DNA of 63,975 nucleotides, the filler included, from Hyphochytrium catenoides (taxonomy: Eukaryota > Protista > Hyphochytriomycota): the NCBI GenBank assembly GCA_900088475.1. It is 11 parts of 11 records of this genome, joined end to end, with 100 filler letters (N's around TTAATTAATTAA, not from the genome) between each part and the next. Parts side by side here need not be neighbours in the genome. Positions count along the whole stretch, not along the records: positions 22,050 to 30,167 come from FLMG01001904.1; positions 30,268 to 32,116 come from FLMG01002274.1; positions 32,217 to 38,903 come from FLMG01001805.1; 8 more parts are not named here. One strand, given 5' to 3'. Under the pieces are notes generated by a model. The model was not told where the DNA came from. It was given only the letters and a program-made list of their open reading frames with translations, and ran no database searches. The position numbers and the translations under genes were made by a program. This document shows, one piece after another, positions 25,750-37,906 of this stretch (the first letter of the stretch is position 1; each line of letters starts with the position of its first letter).

Positions 25750-26535
25750 CTAGTACCACAATCTCACTTCTGCCATGATCGATTGAAGATCAACCCCTTC
25801 TGGCACAAAGAATTGCCTTCCCGTGCCCCCTGCCACATTTCCATAATATCCCGTAACAGGTCTTAGAAATAACACTGCTCGGAGATGGCCACCGTCATTT
25901 CCCCATTTAGCAATGTTCAATAGTATTTCGGCACTGTGGCGATCGCTAGGTAAATCGGGAGTAAACCAACGTCCAGATACCTCTTCCTGTCCCGAACGTC
26001 GTACTTGATAAAAGAGTGTCCTTGCCCGATAAGTCCTAACCTGGGGCTCCCCTTCAAATGCTTCCCTTTCACTTCGACTGAGGGGAGGTAGTACGGGTTG
26101 TTGTTCCTCAAGCATATGCCGTGATTGGTCAGCCACAAGCGAGTATTGAAGAGGGCTTCTTTCGTAGGAGCCTTGAACATCTCTTGTTCGGCCTTTGGTC
26201 GGCCGGAGGAGATTAGCCGATAAAACCGTCCCATCAGATTCCCTTCTTTGACGAGAAGGTCGCCTACTAAGAAGCCCCGTATAAGCAAGAGGAGGCCCTT
26301 GATAACCACCGCGGCTGTTGGTGGTGTAACCAGGGCGAGCCAGAGCAAATGAACGTAATAAGGACCTCTTCTGCTTGACGGATACAACTTCGACACTACT
26401 GTCAACAGGGAGCAGTAGGTCTAAAAAGATCGCAGAGCCCAGACAACAGACTACAAAGATGAGAGAGCCATACGGGAGGCGCCACTTTGGGCTCACTCCG
26501 TGGTGGAAATCAAGCGACGCCCAGGTTCCTCCCAT
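25750..26535 (-). CDS. Intronless 261-aa protein: N-terminal TM anchor, basic/Ser-rich linker, C-terminal bacterial toxin-like (TNT/ART-like) domain
   Basis: Hydrophobic segment aa 24-44. C-terminal pattern F-x-G..LFYQVRR..GRWFTP..P..A..LL.I..WGN..VTGYYGNVAGGTGRQFFVP. The ORF is seen directly; the family is inferred. Confidence 0.6.
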   Translation of the reverse strand: MGGTWASLDFHHGVSPKWRLPYGSLIFVVCCLGSAIFLDLLLPVDSSVEVVSVKQKRSLLRSFALARPGYTTNSRGGYQGPPLAYTGLLSRRPSRQRRESDGTVLSANLLRPTKGRTRDVQGSYERSPLQYSLVADQSRHMLEEQQPVLPPLSRSEREAFEGEPQVRTYRARTLFYQVRRSGQEEVSGRWFTPDLPSDRHSAEILLNIAKWGNDGGHLRAVLFLRPVTGYYGNVAGGTGRQFFVPEGVDLQSIMAEVRLWY

Positions 26536-28249
26536 CTTTCTGCATCCTAGATGCCTCTCCTTTTGCCTTCTTAAGATCCTCTTTCTTCATAGCGACATGA
26601 CGCTGATTGACCAGGCAAAGGGACAGAGGATCGCGCTGAAGATCAATGTCTACGGTACAGGAGCCACGACAGCAAGCCATTCGCCAGGGCCTCCTTTCGC
26701 CTTCCGTCGGATTGCGTCGGAGAAGTCCAAATGAAGAGAGCTCGTCCTCTCTCCAGTTCACGATAAAGAGGATACTCAAGCTGAAGCAATGCATGAGTGC
26801 AGGAGGCACAACTAACAAACCTAGAAGTTGAGTTCTATCATCAACGAATAGGGCTCGGGACAATAATTAAGTTAGCCAGAGGCTTTCCGTCTAATAAAAT
26901 GATTATTACGGAACAGCAGAAGAGTGATCTAAGAAATAAAGCAGGTATTCCAGGTGCAGAAGTTTGGGCAGTAGTAGTAGGAAGGCTTGCTCCTGGCAGC
27001 GTGGTAGTAGTTCTACAGCGGTAGGAGAAAGGAGTAGCAGTAGAACCCTAGACACTCGGCACTGTTTCATGTTCTTCTTATATTGACATAAAGATGAAAG
27101 ACCGTTCTACCTCATTCTGTGCCGGCTCTCTGGGCTCTGAATGTAGCCATTGATAGTGCTGTCCACCTCTTTGCATCCATATCCAGTATTAAGGAAAGAC
27201 TGAATATGATGAGTTCCGGTGAGGAGAGTCTCGCGCTCGCATGAGGGTACGGCTTGTTAGCTCTTCGAGGCAGGCCATCATGCATCAAACCCTCGCGATC
27301 GAGATGGACACAACCAGCGCAGGCTGAGTGAGCTGTGTCGCGTATATCATGCGTTACTGCCGGGACACAGTGAGCTGAATATATGCTTTGGTTCGATGGC
27401 TTCCTGCCGTCTTTGCCCTTGATACTCTTTCAACTTCCGACGTACACTAGAACCATAATAACAATTCTACTACTCTACCCAGTAAAGGTCAGATGGCTTC
27501 CTACATCATAGCTCATTCAGGAGTTCCCTGAATAATAGGTCCACCGGCTTTGAGCGATGGGACGAACCGATCGAGCACCACCACTAGATCGTTGGTCTGT
27601 TTCTATACAGCTTGCCGTTAGTCAGCTAATCATGGTGAGTCTGACGAAACTTCGCAGCATAATAGCAAGTCCTCTTTGAGTGCCCTAAATAACGGATGAT
27701 AATAGCAAATATCATCGCAACAAGAGTAGTAGTCAGCCCTATTAGGAACATAGTAGAAAGTCAGTAACCTTTTACGTAGGGTTACTAGAGTTAGTCGGTA
27801 CCAATAGTAGGAGACAGTGGGCGACCAGAAGGACAAACGCCATATATGAAAAGATGCCGAGAAGGAGCGCGTCGGATATGGATCGGAAGCATGAGGACAG
27901 CCTCCACTTGCGTATTTAACAGGAGGAGGAAGGGTCGGTATATACTCGAGTGTTACGGACAAGAAGCAGGAGGTACTTACGGTTAGCAGAGACAAACAAG
28001 AAGAAGTAGTATCGGAAGAAGCTGATAGGTAGAAAGGAGCAGGGGCAGTAGTAGTAGCGGGTGCCAAGAAGGAGGAATAAAAAGAGATTACATTATCAGC
28101 TTCTTTATTATAGGCGCGACTTCAGGCTTAGAAATGATAAGGGGCAAGATCTTCTCCTCCTTTTGCCCATCGGGCGTGGTTATAATACCCTCCTAGACCG
28201 TATCAGAGCAGCTTTTTGGGTTACGTTGGGATCTAAACTGCCACTTTAG

Positions 28250-30100
28250 TTTGGCTGGCACCAAGGCTTGCTGGCACTAACGCTCCTACGTAGACTGGCC
28301 CCTTCGTTTGGCATCTGGGCTGGTACTATTTGGGGTGAAACCTAAGCCGACAAAAAGCCTTTCACTTATGGTAGCAAGTAAAGTCATGACACGTAAGGTG
28401 GCCTTTGCTGGCACCTGATGTTTGAAATTGACACGTACGCTGCCGTCTTCACTAGTTCGTGGGGTGGTGTTTCTGTAGGGTGGTACCTATGCTATCAGGT
28501 AGCCTGACTTGGATTGGCACCTAAGATGGCTGGTACCCTCTTGCTTTAGATTGGCACCTAAGAAGGTTTGTAACGGAACTAGTACCTAGACTGACACCTA
28601 GCTTTGCACCTGACGTTGGCACAAAAAGAAGCTGCCTCCAGCATGAGTACGTGGACTGCATCTAGGCACTACATAGGTTGTCATTTAGCTGAACACCAAG
28701 GCGCACCAACACTTAGGCTGGCCTGCTTAGTGTAAGGGAGGACGCAACCTAATGTGGCGTCTAGTAGGTATGACACCTAAAGTAATACCTTCCTGACATA
28801 TAGACTCCAAACCACGGCATCTAGTTGGCATCATCTAGAGTGGCACCTTCAGGTTGCTATTGAGATTGGCACCTGGGCCCTGCCAAACGCGACCACACAG
28901 CAGGCTAGCGTTTTCGCTAACAGGAGGTTAGGGTTAATTTAAAACAAGGCTCGTACCCGGGTGCTCTGTATGTGCCACTTTGCCAGTTGTCGTTCGTCCA
29001 ACCTTTAGTGGATGCTTCACCACAAGATGAGGACCAACGGGCAGATGATGAGATGCAGTGCTGAAGACTGAGAGCCAGCCTTCAGTCCTAGCTTAACCTA
29101 GGACGAATAGGCCCCGGCACTCGGAATCAAACAGTGGCTCCCAGGGTGCAGACTTCGCCTTCTCTTTTGCTCTTCGCTTTTTCTCTCTGCTGCTCCTGGT
29201 AGTAACCTGATCTTATGATCTGTTTCTTCCTTTCCATTCTCTGTTCTCTCACCTCTTCTTCTCTAATCATCTCATAGGGTTAGGGACAAGGATGACATTT
29301 TATATGGCAAGTAAGCTTGCATCCATACGACGGGAACCAGGCTGAAATACAGGCTGAGACCTCGTATCGTACTTCTTACCCTGACAACTGTGATGGCAGC
29401 TAGGCTATCCCTTGCAACTATATTAACGATTACGTCTACCACCGAGAGTTGCACCGAGGAGGAGGAGGCCGGTAAGTAAGGATGGCGCTTAGCGTGGCAA
29501 GTAACCTTTGCATCCATGCTGGCACTGGGCTGATACTAAGGATGAGACCCATACTTCTACTCTGTCAACTCGGGCTGCCATCTACTAGGCTTTCACCTAG
29601 ACTGCTAACAAAGACTTTCATCACCAATGGCAGCAGCTCCCGCTGGCACTCCGTTAACGGGCACCATGTCTCTCCGGCCTCCTCACCCCTGAACATAGGG
29701 GAAACGAAGGGTAGCCCTCCCGTACACGGTGGCAGCTGGCGCGTAGGCTGCTGCTTAGCTTCGAGTGAAATGAAGTAGGATGGCATAACTGTGTGACACC
29801 TAAGGCTGGCCCTAGACTGACACCTATGATACTCATTCTTAGAGTCCATCATCCTATGCTGTACCGAGGTTGGCACTTATGATGCAGACACATACAGTGC
29901 CACCCACAGGTGGGGCAAAAGGCTGACGCCGAGGCTGATGTGTCCAAAAGAGATACCAAGACAGGCACTTAGTCTGGCAACTTGATAATAATGAGGGCAT
30001 AAGGCTGACGCCGAGGCTGATGTGTCCAAAAGAGATACCAAGACAGGCACTTAGTCTGGCACTTGATAATAATGAGGCCGGCCAGGTACCTTATATGTTG
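28250..30100 (+). repeat. Degenerate short-motif field, consensus about TG(G/A)CACCTA(A/G), in two clusters (about 28250-28880 and 29500-30100)
   Basis: More than 20 variants, nearly all on the + strand, e.g. tggcacctg ~28409, tggcacctaag 28515 and 28552, tgacacctag 28592, tgacacctaa ~28771, tggcacct 28841 and 28867, tgacacctaagg ~29794, tgacacctat ~29818. Confidence 0.7.
29919..30077 (+). repeat. Two-copy tandem duplication, period about 82 bp
   Basis: aaggctgacgccgaggctgatgtgtccaaaagagataccaagacaggcacttagtctggca(a)cttgataataatgagg at 29919 and 30001, differing by a 1-nt indel. Confidence 0.92.
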
Positions 30101-30437
30101 TTACCTATGCTGGTGTAGCGTTTAGAGCCTCTCGAAATGCTTCCGAGACTCGTCTCTCTCGTACGCTNNNNNNNNNNNNNNNNNNNNNNNNNNNNNNNNN
30201 NNNNNNNNNNNTTAATTAATTAANNNNNNNNNNNNNNNNNNNNNNNNNNNNNNNNNNNNNNNNNNNNGGAACAAACTGACAGGCGTTATGGATTCTCCGT
30301 ACAGCATAGTTGAAGCTCTGTTTGGTATTATGCCGTTCTGATCCCTAACCAAGCTGCTCTGGCGGTCTAAAGAGGAATGCTGGGAGGTTACTGGCAACTT
30401 GAAGGGAGGACAAAGGAAAACTGGAAACGACAGGATT

Positions 30438-30469
<32 letters not shown>

Positions 30470-31009
30470 TCTCTCGCTCTCTCGCTCTCTCTCGCGCGCT
30501 CTCTCTCTCTCTCTCTCACTCGCTCTCTTGCTCTCTCTCTCTTTGTCTGTCGTTCTCTTTTTCTCTCTGTCGTTCTCTCTCTTTCTGAAATCTTTGTGTC
30601 TCTCTCTCTTCTCTCTTCTGATACATCCTTCGTCGATTCGATTCTCATGCTGGACTTGGGGACTGGATCTTCCCTTTCTCTCTCTCACTTGACGCTGATT
30701 ATTAATGACCATCCCGCCGCTGGAGCTTGTCATGGTGTTATTACTAGAGAAGAGAAAGAGAGAGAGAGACGAAGAGAGACAAGTACAGCTCCAAACAGAC
30801 ACTGGGAAGAAGAGTAGAAGCTTATTGAACACAATCACCTACTCGTGTCTCTCTCTCTCCAGAAGCTTATTGAATACACTCACCACACTCAGCACCGAAA
30901 GAGAAGAGAGACTTTAGCCGCAAGCACCACTTACTCGTGTCTCTCTCTCTCTCTTTCGCTGTTCATCTCAACTCATCTGCACTTGGAAATCCCAAGCTCC
31001 TCGAAAAAA

Positions 31010-31674
31010 ATGCTCCACAGATCGTCTCGCTCCTACTCTGTCTCTCTCTCCCGCCTTCCTTTTCGCTGTCTCTCTCTCCTCTCGGCCCAGAAAAGAGCGC
31101 TGCGGTCCAGACTATGGCACTCTACTGCCAGTGTCTCTTCGACCTCTGGAGAGAAGAGGGAAGAATTCTCTCATATCATAGTCGGAGGAGGATCGGTAGG
31201 CCTTGTGGTCTTTCTCTCTCCTCTCTTCCTCACCATTATCTACTTCTTCTCTCTCTCTCTCTCTTTTTCCTCTATGTCGTTCAGTTGGTCTCTCTCGGTG
31301 CTTTTCTTCCATCGTCTTGCGTTCTGTGCCGTTCTCCTTTTTCTCTCTCTCTCTTGCGCTTTGACTGCACTAATCCTCTCTCTGTAGCGTGTGTTTTATG
31401 TCACTAAAGGATCCTCTGGCCCTCTCTCTCTCTCTCTCTGTGTCTCTCTCTCTTTGTCTCTCTCTCACTGTCTTTCTCTCTCTGTCTCTCTCTCTCTCTG
31501 TCTCTCTCTCTGTCTCTCTAAATCTTTGTCTCTCTCTCTCTGTCTCTCTCTGTCTGTCTCTCTCTCTCTCTGGTCTTTTCTCTCTCGCTAAGGCTGGCTG
31601 TGTACTCGCTAATCGCCTGTCCGCAGAGGGAAGCAATAGAGTGCTGCTCCTTGAGGCGGGAAAGAGTGACAGAG
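31010..31674 (+). CDS. GMC oxidoreductase (choline dehydrogenase-like), 5' fragment with mitochondrial-type presequence; exons 31010-31195 and 31593-31674
   Basis: The spliced FSHIIVGGGS|AGCVLANRLSAEGSNRVLLLEAGKSD is the FAD-binding N-terminus of GMC enzymes. The leader is Arg/Ser-rich. Truncated by the scaffold end. Confidence 0.85.
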
Positions 31675-32668
31675 GTGCTGAACTATTCACATGTTCTTGT
31701 TCTCGGCTCTTCTCTCTCTTTCTCACTCACACTCTCTCTTGCGCTTTCTCCTCTCTCTCTCTCTTCTCTGTCAGATTTCAAAACCCTTTTCCTGTCTTCT
31801 TTGATTCTCTCTTTCCCTCTTCCTCTCTTCCATTACTTTGCTTTTCTTCTCTGGCTGCCCTAGCGTTCTGCCCTTTCCATACTCCGTTTTCCTTTCTCCT
31901 CTTACACTCTTCCCCGCTCTCTCTCTCTCTCCTTTCTCCTCACGCACGCACCTCTTACACTCTCAAACTCTTTCTCTCTTCCCCGCTCTCTCTCTCTCTC
32001 CTTTCTCCTCACGCACGCACCCTCTTACACTCTCAAACTCTCTCCCATCCCTTCCTCCTCCTCTACTCTCTCTCGTTCTCTCTCGTTCTCTCTATGTGTT
32101 TCTCTCTCTCTCTCTCNNNNNNNNNNNNNNNNNNNNNNNNNNNNNNNNNNNNNNNNNNNNTTAATTAATTAANNNNNNNNNNNNNNNNNNNNNNNNNNNN
32201 NNNNNNNNNNNNNNNNGGGAGAGAGAGAGAGAGAGAGAGACAGAGAGAGAGAGGGGTGAGAGAGAGAGAGAGAGAGAGAGAAGAATGGAGCGAGTGAGAA
32301 ACGAGGAATAAAGTGCTAGAGATTCTTTGCCAGGAGAGAGAGAGAGTGAATGAGAGCGCATAGATCAAGGGGAAGAAATGTTCTCAAATAAGTTGATGGC
32401 AAATCTCCTGCGCAGTGAAGAGTTTGTCCTAGTTCTGAGCATCTTCTCTTTCACGTGCTCTCTCTCTCTCTCTCTTTCTCTCTCCCACCAGCTTCAATCT
32501 CTATTCTACCTCGCCCGGCCTCTAGAGCATTGCTTTCCTCAACTTTCTCTCCCTTTCCTCTCGCTCTCGCTCTCTCCTTTCACTCTCTGTCTCTCCCTTT
32601 TTCTCTCTCTTTCCTCTCGTCTCTCTCCTCTCTCTCCCTGTCGGTGGCCCTGGAAGGCTTGAGACAGA

Positions 32669-33934
32669 ATGGGCCGGACTTCCAAGGACAAGCGGGACAT
32701 TTACTATCGAAAGGCCAAGGAAGTGGGCTTCCGCGCCCGATCGGCCTTCAAACTCCTTCACCTCGATGAAGAGTTTGATCTCTTCACAGGTTAGAGAAGG
32801 ATCAACCCTAGGAGATCCCTCTCTTCTTTTCTAGCTCTCTCTTCTCTCTCTTTCCCTTCCCTTCCCTTCCCTTCCCTCTCCTCCCTCTCTTCTCTCACTG
32901 TCTTTATCTTGTCCTCTTTCTCTCTTACTTTCTCTCTGTCTGTCTGTCTGTCTCTCTTTCTCTTTGTCTCCAATTTTCTGTCTCTCTCTCTCTCTCGTCC
33001 TTTTCCATCCTCCAAATTTTCTCTTTCTCCTCTCCCTCTACCCCTTTTTATCTCCCTCCACTGGTACTTCATCTATTCTCTCTCTCTCTTTCTCTCTCTG
33101 CCCCTCCCCTGTCTTTCTCTCTCTCTCCTCCTGTGTCTTTTCATCTACTCAAAAGTCTTCTCTCTCTGTACGAAATTTAACCCTCTCTTCATCCTCCTTT
33201 GTTGGCCCCCCTCTCACTTCCGCCGTCAACGGCCTCTCTCTCTCTCTCTCTCTCTCTTCCTCTTCTCGCTCCCTTTCTTTCCCTCAACCTCTTCCTTTCT
33301 CTCTCTCTCTCTCTNNNNNNNNNNNNNNNNNNNNNNNNNNNNNNNNNNNNNNNNNNCTCTCTCTCTCTCTCTCTCTTCCTCTCTCTTCTTTCCTTGGCTC
33401 TCTCTCTCTCCTTGGCTCTCTCTCTCTTTCTCTTCACTTCTTCGCCTCTAGGAGTACAACGGGCCGTTGACCTCTGCGCTGCTCCTGGAAGTTGGAGCCA
33501 GGTCCTCAGTCGAAAGCTATATCCAGATGGTCCTCCAGCCTCTCTCTCTTCCGCACGAGCGCGGGAGGGAGAGGGAGAAGGAAAGACAGAAGGGGAGAAA
33601 GAGAGAGAAGATGTGAAGATTGTCGCTGTGGACCTTCAGGAGATGGCTCCCATCCCCGGCGTCATCCAAATCCAAGGAGACATTACCTCCAAGGCGACTG
33701 CTGACACGTAGGTTCTCTCTCTTTTCTCTCTCTTCTCTCTCTCTCTCTCTCTCTCTCCTTCTTCCCTTAGCCATCTTAGCGTTTCTTTATGAGGGGGACG
33801 GCCCTCGTCAGCTAGTTCCGGCTCTTGACTTCTCTCCCTAAAGTACCAATATTCATGAAAGATTCTTTCTCACTTCTCCCGCTTTCTCTTTCTCTTTTGA
33901 CCTTATGTCTACATTTTCCTCTCTTTTGCTCTCC

Positions 33935-33971
<37 letters not shown>

Positions 33972-34317
33972 TGTCTTCGGCTTGGCCATTCTCTTGATAC
34001 ACTTCCTCTCTACCTTTCTCTACCTCCTCCTCTCACTGTTGCCTCTTCTTCCTCCTTGGCTCTCTCTCTCTCTCTCTCGCTTTCTCTCTCTCTCTCTCTT
34101 TCTCTCCCTCTCTCTTTCTCTCTTCTCTTGGCGGCAGGATCATCTCTTACTTCCAAGGGCAGCTGGCGGACATGGTTCTCAGTGACGGTGCCCCGGACGT
34201 GACGGGTTTGCATGATATTGATGAATATATTCAGGCGCAGCTGCTCCTCGCCGCCCTTAACATCACGCTCAATGTCCTCAGAGAGGGAGGAACCTTCGTC
34301 GCCAAGATATTTAGGGT

Positions 34318-34388
<71 letters not shown>

Positions 34389-34490
34389 GCAAGGCTTAAG
34401 GAGCGTGAAAGACATGGGAGGGGCAGCTACCATGTCACAGCGGAATAGGACTCGTGAAGAGAGGGGCAAGGAGGAGAGAGAGAGAGAAAA

Positions 34491-34521
<31 letters not shown>

Positions 34522-35554
34522 GAGAGAGAGAAAGAGAGAGAGAGAGAAAAGGGGGTAGGGGGTGGGGAAGGAGAGAGAGAGAGAGAGAGAGAGCACATGA
34601 AGTAAATTCTTTCAAAGGAAAAGAAGGCCTTGCTATCGCTAAACCTTTTCTCTCTTCTCTCTCTGCTTCTCCTCTCCCTCTCTCCCTTTTCCTGGCCGCC
34701 GCGTTGACCACAGGGCAAGGATGTGGCGCTTCTGTATTCTCAGCTCCGCGTCTTCTTCACAGAGGTGACCGTCTCGAAGCCCAAGAGTAGCCGGAACTCC
34801 TCCATAGAATCTTTTGTTGTCTGCAGGTGAGAAAGACTCCGTCTCCACTATCTCTAGGTCTCTTTGAGGGTCTCTCTCTCTCTCTCTCTGGTTCTAATAA
34901 CCATCTCACTCTCTCTCTCTTTCTCGTTTGGCTCTGTGTGAGTGCCCATCATCGCTCTCTTTCTCCTATTTCTCCTCTCTTTGCGGTGATTTTCCCTGCC
35001 ACCGGAGCTTCAGCTTTCTCATCCTATTGTCTCTCCCTTATTCTCTCTCTCTCTCTCTCTGTCATGTCTCTATCTTGAGGTGCCTGTCAGACATGACTTC
35101 CTTTTTATCTCTTTATTCTCTCTCTCTCTCTCTCTTGCTCCGTGAGTCCCTGATCTCACTCTTCCCTCTTTCTCTGTCTCACTCTCTCTCTGTCTCACTC
35201 TCTCTCTCTCTCCACAGAAATATGCGCTTCCCTCCTGGGTACAAGCCTTCCATGCTCTCTCCTCTGCTGGATCACAAGTATGGAGAGAGCAACCAGCTCT
35301 TAGGGAGCCAGAGAGTCATTGTCCCCTTCGTCGCAGCGGGAGACCTCTCAGGCTATGACGCAGACCAGAGCTACCCACTGGAGCTAGAAGAAGAGAGAGA
35401 GAGAGAAGGAGAAAATAGAATTGATGGAATAGGAGAGGAAGAGAAGAAGGAAGAGAAACGCGGCAAATATGTTTATAGAGAACCGATACAGCGGCCGATC
35501 AATCCGCCGTATGCCGAGTATCTAAGACAGCAGAGGGAGAAAAGCTCATCATAA
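32669..35554 (+). CDS. TRM7: tRNA (C32/G34) 2'-O-methyltransferase TRM7/FTSJ1; exons 32669-32789, 33452-33707, 34138-34315, 34714-34826, 35218-35554
   Basis: [112 protein letters not shown]. Confidence 0.96.
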
Positions 35555-35907
35555 TAGCGAGAGAGAACGTGAGAGAGGGAGAGAGAGGAGTTCTAAATAG
35601 AGGCAGATTGTAGTTTTGAACGGATAAGGACAGAGATAGGAGAGAGAGAGGAGAGGGGAGAGAGAGAGCAGCGGCGTGTACATACTCACTCATCTATTTA
35701 GTCAGACTGTTTCCGCCCAACTGGGTCGTGTGAGACAGATAAGTTTTTCTCTACCATATATCAAGGCTTAGGAACAGGGAAGAGACAGAAACAAGCGACA
35801 GAAAGGGGCAACAGAAGGAGAGAGCGACAAAAGAGAAAGCCCGACCGTCTCTCTCTTACACGGAGCAGACTTTGAAAGAACATACAAAGTAGGATAAAGC
35901 AAAAACC

Positions 35908-37816
35908 TTAGCGACATGAGATTAGGGTGCGCAGTCTCTCTTTCAGTCTCTCTCTCTCTTCTCTCTCCATTGTTAGCTCCGCCTCCAGAAGTAAAAGCTC
36001 AGCTCCGGCGGACCTGAACTCTGCGCTGGCTCTCAGGAGAATGGAAGGAGAGCGAAAGAAGTCCTTCTCTGTGCATAGAACGATCACTTTCTTCTCTCTC
36101 TTTCTCTCCTCTTCTTTTGGCATAGCCTCTCTCCCCATCTTCGTAGAGACATCAGCAGCAGAGAGCGATGAAGACGACACGTCTGTTTTTAAAGGCATAG
36201 CGGGAGAAACAGCGGCTAAAGGGGATTGGGATGGTGCCGCGAGGAAGAGACGGATAGCTTCTTTCACTCTCTTTATGTCAGAAAGAGAGAAAGAGTGATG
36301 GTCCTGGAAGTCTAAGTCAATGACTTGAGGACAGTGCACCTCGTTCAAGAGAGAGACGATGGACTCTTTGCTTCCAATGCCACACATCAAGAAGGTAGGG
36401 AAGAGAGAAAGAGTCCGGAGTTCTCTTCTCTCCACGTCTCTCTCTTTCTCCTTGCCCTTTCTAGATAGGGAAGAAGACATTCTCGCCATTCTCTCGCTGA
36501 AGGCCTCCACTGTCGTCACCCCTTTGACTCTCATCCTTGACTCGAGGATGAGACATGGAGAATCTCTAGATAAAGACCCTGAAGAGAGATCAGCCTTCTC
36601 TCCCGCGCGAGACTGACAAGAGAGAGAAGAGACCTCCCGAATGGTCTCTTTCAGAGTCTCTCTCTCCTTCTCTCCCAGCCGATCTGCATGATGCAGGACG
36701 ATAATATCGGCCCGTCCCAGAGCTGCTAACGGCTCTCTTAGCATCCCGGCCGGCAATAAATTGCCGTTACCGGTCGGATTTAGCGCATTCACCATCACAA
36801 TGTCCAGGTCACGGTGGAGTGCCCAGTGCTGGAAACCATCGTCCAAGAGAACGAGGGAGAGAGAGGAAGAGAGAGAAAGAGAGAGAGATGAGGACTGTCT
36901 CTTTCTTCTCTCTGTGTGGTCATCTTCTGCCGCGCTCTCTCTCTTGGGTGAGCACTCTGTCTTTGCGATCCGAGGAAGAAGGGAGGAAAGAAAGAGCGCC
37001 TTCTTTTGTTTCTTCTCTGGGTCATATGTTGCCCGAGAGAGAGAGAGAAGTTTCTCTCCTATTTGGTATCTGTTTCTCCCCATTCCAAGCTTTGCCTGAG
37101 GCCACAGATGGAATGCGAGTTGTCGCCACTCGTCGTCTCCATAGCCCTGTTATGAGGTGAGATGTAAAAAGTGAGAGGAGAGAGAAAATAAAGAGAGAAA
37201 AGCGAAAGAGAGAGAAGGCGAAAGAGAGAGAAAGCGAAAGAGAGAGAAAGCGAAAGAGAGAGAAAGCGAAAGAGAGAGAAAGCAAAAGAGAGAGGAAGCA
37301 AAAGAGAGAGAAACCGAAAGAGAGAGAGAGAACGACAGAGAGAGACAGGGCGACAGAAAGAAAAAGAGAGGAAGAGAGAGCAAGAGAGAGGGGAGAAAGA
37401 GTGAGAGAGAGAAAGAGAGTGAGGGAGAGAGTGAAGAAGAGGACTAAGAGAGAGAAAGGCTGAGAGAAAATTTAGACTGAGAGACAGCGGGGCTGACAGC
37501 AGGGAAGAAGTCCCGGAAACTGCAAACGAAAGAGAAGAGAGAAACACCAAAAGTATTCTATATCCGCTAAGAAACAGCAAGAGAAAGAAGCTAAGATGCG
37601 CGTCTCTCTTCTGACCCTGGTAAGGATGAGCGGCCTCTCTCTCTCCTCCAAGAGCAATTCGCTCAAAAACTGCACCATCGGAGTCTTTCCTGTTCCTCCC
37701 CAAGTGATGTTGCCCACGCTGACCACTGGGACAGATAGACGGCGGCGGCGTAGCAGACCTAACACAAAGAGAAAGAGAGAGAGAAGCGGCACGGAGAGAG
37801 AAAGAGAGAGACAGAC

Positions 37817-37906
<90 letters not shown>

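Noticed and set aside
28250-30100. CRISPR-like array
   Set aside because: The motif is only about 10 bp, degenerate and irregularly spaced; there are no cas genes and the context is eukaryotic.
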